DNA of 64,000 bases, from assembly GCA_965285935.1 (NCBI GenBank), contig OZ260661.1, positions 60,512,001 through 60,576,000 on the forward strand. Direction: 5' to 3'. The stretch is from Ophelia neglecta. Lineage: Eukaryota. The translations under genes were made by a program, and so were the position numbers. A model generated the notes under the pieces. That model saw only the letters and a list, made by a program, of their open reading frames with translations. It did not search any database and was not told the DNA's origin. Positions 60,938-64,000 of this stretch are shown here, piece by piece (position 1 is the first letter of the stretch; every line of letters begins with the position of its first letter).

Positions 60938-63781
60938 CTGAAAATAAAGAGCGGGGTATTAAAAATTTGACTCAAAGTATTCTCCTTTGAAATAAAACCA
61001 ACAACAGTAGACCACTAAAATCCAAGCAATGTTCATTTCCATTGCATTAATTCCTGGGTTGTCATTTCCATTATTAGCAGATTATCAATACATTCCATCA
61101 TATAGATTACTGCAATTAGATATTCATGTTCTGTAAATAATTTTTTTTACATATCAATTATATTTGAATATTTTACTCGCCCGTAAGTGAAAGAATAAAT
61201 AAATAAATAAAAGAGAATAAACTGAAGAAGAGCTATTTGTTCTCCTTTATGACTTTGATACTTTGGACTCGACATGAGAACAGTGACTTTGGCGTATGTC
61301 ATCAATTTACGTGTGATTCATTGTTCCTTGGCGAATTTATTTATTGTTTGCTTGCCTAGAAATAGTCGGATACTGTTTGAGGGGATAAATGAGTTCTGGA
61401 GGTTGTTACAAGTGTTTCTGACTGGTGGCCGCTTTACGAGCACTTCACAACGGTGTAAGTGTGATTCGGTTATCAACAAACACATAACTTGCCCGAACTC
61501 AACAAAGATCACGAAAATCATTCCGCAATCAGCGCCATTTCAAGACACGCGGCTTACGCAACACGAGGCTGGTTGTCGTCTGCCTTGTGTAAGACCAGCG
61601 CTCCTGCTCAACAATAGTAGAAAGAATATAGTCAGACATTTGTTAGTGGGCGACAGGCAGCTAACTCATTAAGTCCCAGAGTTATGTAATCAACAATTGC
61701 TGCTTGTTGAGACTTGCTGATACAAGAGTGAACCAAGTTTGATATATGACCAGCTAAACAGATCCTTTTGTTAGTGCTGGTGGGAATTTTATCGTTTATT
61801 GACGTAATTTGGGGAAAGCTTTGCCAATTGGCAGTTTCAAACACTGAGACAGTTGACTGAGCCCCTAGGACTAAAAACGGGTGTCCCGCTAATACTCTCC
61901 ATTAGATATGTAATCCCGGGAAAAGCCTTTTTTATTTAAAATTATTATGTGTTAATTAAACTACTTTGGCATGCCCACTAAGCAAACTTTGTATCTGGAC
62001 AATGGTACACAGTGTCGCCATGATTTACCTTATTAAACATGGATCTGACCTGAGATGTGATTTTAGGAACCAACCTTTCAGAAAATAGCTCTCAAGTGTT
62101 AGGTCTATGAGTAATTATAAACGACTAAGCAGAGTATCAATAGGTTATAATTTATATTTGAATCCTGAAGAATTAATGGACTGAAATGTCATTTATTCAA
62201 TTCCTCAACTTGATTGTTAAAATCGACTACAATATTAACCGCACAGTCCTTGAATACTCCTGTGGACTAAGCCCATGGATGCCTCGAAGCTCTTTCAATA
62301 AAACTCCAAGATATGTCTATCAAAACTGTAATTTGTTTGAATTGGGATAAATAAATAATTTTCATATAAAATGCAATGAGCGCTCAAAATTTCAAAATCA
62401 ACCACTATATGTCTTCTCTACATGTTCCAAATTCCAAAAATGAGATATGCGTATTCTAGTCTCGCTGCCAGTGAACATATAAAGCAGAGATGTCGTCAGT
62501 TTGTTTATTTAACATAAACCTAATCAGAGCTGACTTTGAACCGAGTCTATCAGCATGATCACAGGCAATAGTTAGAATACCGATAGCTCATCTCCACACT
62601 CCCACTAAGTGCCTTATTTACAAACTATCAGCGGAGAAACTTTGTCACTCTTGTAGCATTTTGTAAACCAAGCTTGAATTCAAAGGCCCTTACCCTTCCC
62701 CCTTATATTATACTTGTGAGTTAAATCAGAATAAAACACCTTCAGAATTCACAAAGATCCTATCGCGGCGATAAAAAAAGCGAACAAGTCACCCATTTGT
62801 TATAGGTGTTATTAAGAAGCACATTCATTAAACTTTACCGCCAAAATTTATTAGTGTTTTAAGTCTTCTCTACCCGGCACTTTTCTATTAAGTCACCATA
62901 AGATTCAAGGCTGTCTTCGGACGAGACGCATAAAAATTGCTCGCAGATGACACACGGGATATGATATGAGTAATACCACCGTGATTCATCAAACTCTGCC
63001 CAGAACTTCTGGCCTGTCCATCCTTGTCATAAGTCTTAAGTCTATATTTATCTCGCCAATGTAACACCGAAATTTGCCAACTAAATTTGACTGGAAGACA
63101 GTAGTTAATAAATAGGTAAAGTTCATCAACAAAACTTACAACTACTGTCTTTAAATGTAATATAAGTGTAGCTGGACAGGTGATGATTAAAGAAGGTACA
63201 CATTTAATTGTGTCGTGCGGCAGTCCTCTTAACACCATTGGGGCTCAACACCTTCGGCCATTTTGCAGGTAGAGAGTTGGTAAACTTAACTAGACTGCTA
63301 ATCGAGGGTCATTAAATACTCATTTCAAATCTCATTCAGAAATATGTATGTTGCCCTTGCTCAACAGCGTGCGCTAAGTATTTGTAGTAGTTAAACGTAG
63401 AGTGTCTGACCTTATGGGCAGGTTATCGTAACCCGAGCCTTGAACTAGTCAACACTTCATTTATGTTATTAATCATGGCAATTGATAAATTGTAAAAGGA
63501 CAACCCCTGCCCTTCTTGATCCTGGGTCCATTGAACGCCAGGAGCATAACCACTACATTTTCCCAGTTGTTAAGGCTGGTTTTGCTTTAAAAGTCATTTT
63601 TACGGAGCTTTTATTAAAAGATGCATCAAAGCTATCATGTCCGTGAAGTGTTGATATATGGGGTGATTGAGAGTAGAGCGATGAGGAGGGTGTAACCCGG
63701 AGTATTGCCGGGTCTGGAGGGGCACATTAAGCCGTGGCCGGGGGGACCCGGGCCAATCCATCATACCAACTAGACACTTAC
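60938..63781 (-). other. Hox3: Hox3 intron (2844 bp, GT-AG, phase 1)
   Basis: In-frame join (G+AT = Asp). Confidence 0.9.
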
Positions 63782-64000
63782 CTGGCGAAGATGACAGTTG
63801 TCTCTGTTTGCCATTTTGACGGTTCTCCCTCATCCACGGGAAGATCTCCTGGGGAGGTTTCATATCAGGTGGTGGCTGAGAGGCATGTGGCTGGGAATTG
63901 TGTTGCTGGGCCCCGGGGGCTGGGCCTGGGCCCTGGGGCTGTACGATGATCGGACCCATACCTGGATTGTTTTCCATACAAGAGGTGGGTGGGTAAGGGT
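63782..64000 (-). CDS. Hox3: Hox3, coding exon 1 (5'-partial; runs off the window)
   Basis: Frame is open to the window edge (..PYPPTSCMENNPG..), so the Met at 63977 is probably internal. Hexapeptide EIFPWMRE. Consensus donor CCAG|GTAAGT, intron starting at 63781, phase 1. Confidence 0.93.

Overview
Eukaryotic (animal) genomic DNA, AT-rich, containing the anterior end of an intact Hox cluster. Three two-exon genes lie on the minus strand in ancestral order. Hox3 is 5'-truncated by the window edge (exons >64000-63782 and 60937-60141). Hox2/proboscipedia has exons 47738-47414 and 38177-36049 (817 aa). Hox1/labial has exons 24229-23560 and 15558-15263 (321 aa). Each gene has a single phase-1 GT-AG intron between the hexapeptide and an uninterrupted homeobox. 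Homeodomain signatures (lab [12 protein letters not shown] and TYKWM; pb AASLDL...MKYKRQ; a canonical, non-zen Hox3) suggest a lophotrochozoan; I cannot assign a species. About 15 kb 3' of Hox1 has no recognisable gene and carries most of the repeats. The most interesting signals are non-coding. (1) An NF-Y/USF cassette (GATTGG-n11-CACGTG) sits at both the Hox1 and Hox2 promoters, and a third, inverted copy just past the Hox1 stop codon predicts an antisense transcript across the Hox1 homeobox exon. (2) miR-10-family seed sites lie in the proximal 3' regions of all three genes, and Hox3 has an adjacent extended match to miR-993-3p. (3) A Hoxb1-type Pbx/Hox autoregulatory site (TGATGGATGG plus Meis sites) lies at the Hox1 promoter. 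(4) A perfect DR2 nuclear-receptor element lies in the Hox1 intron. All regulatory calls are by-eye motif matches and untested.
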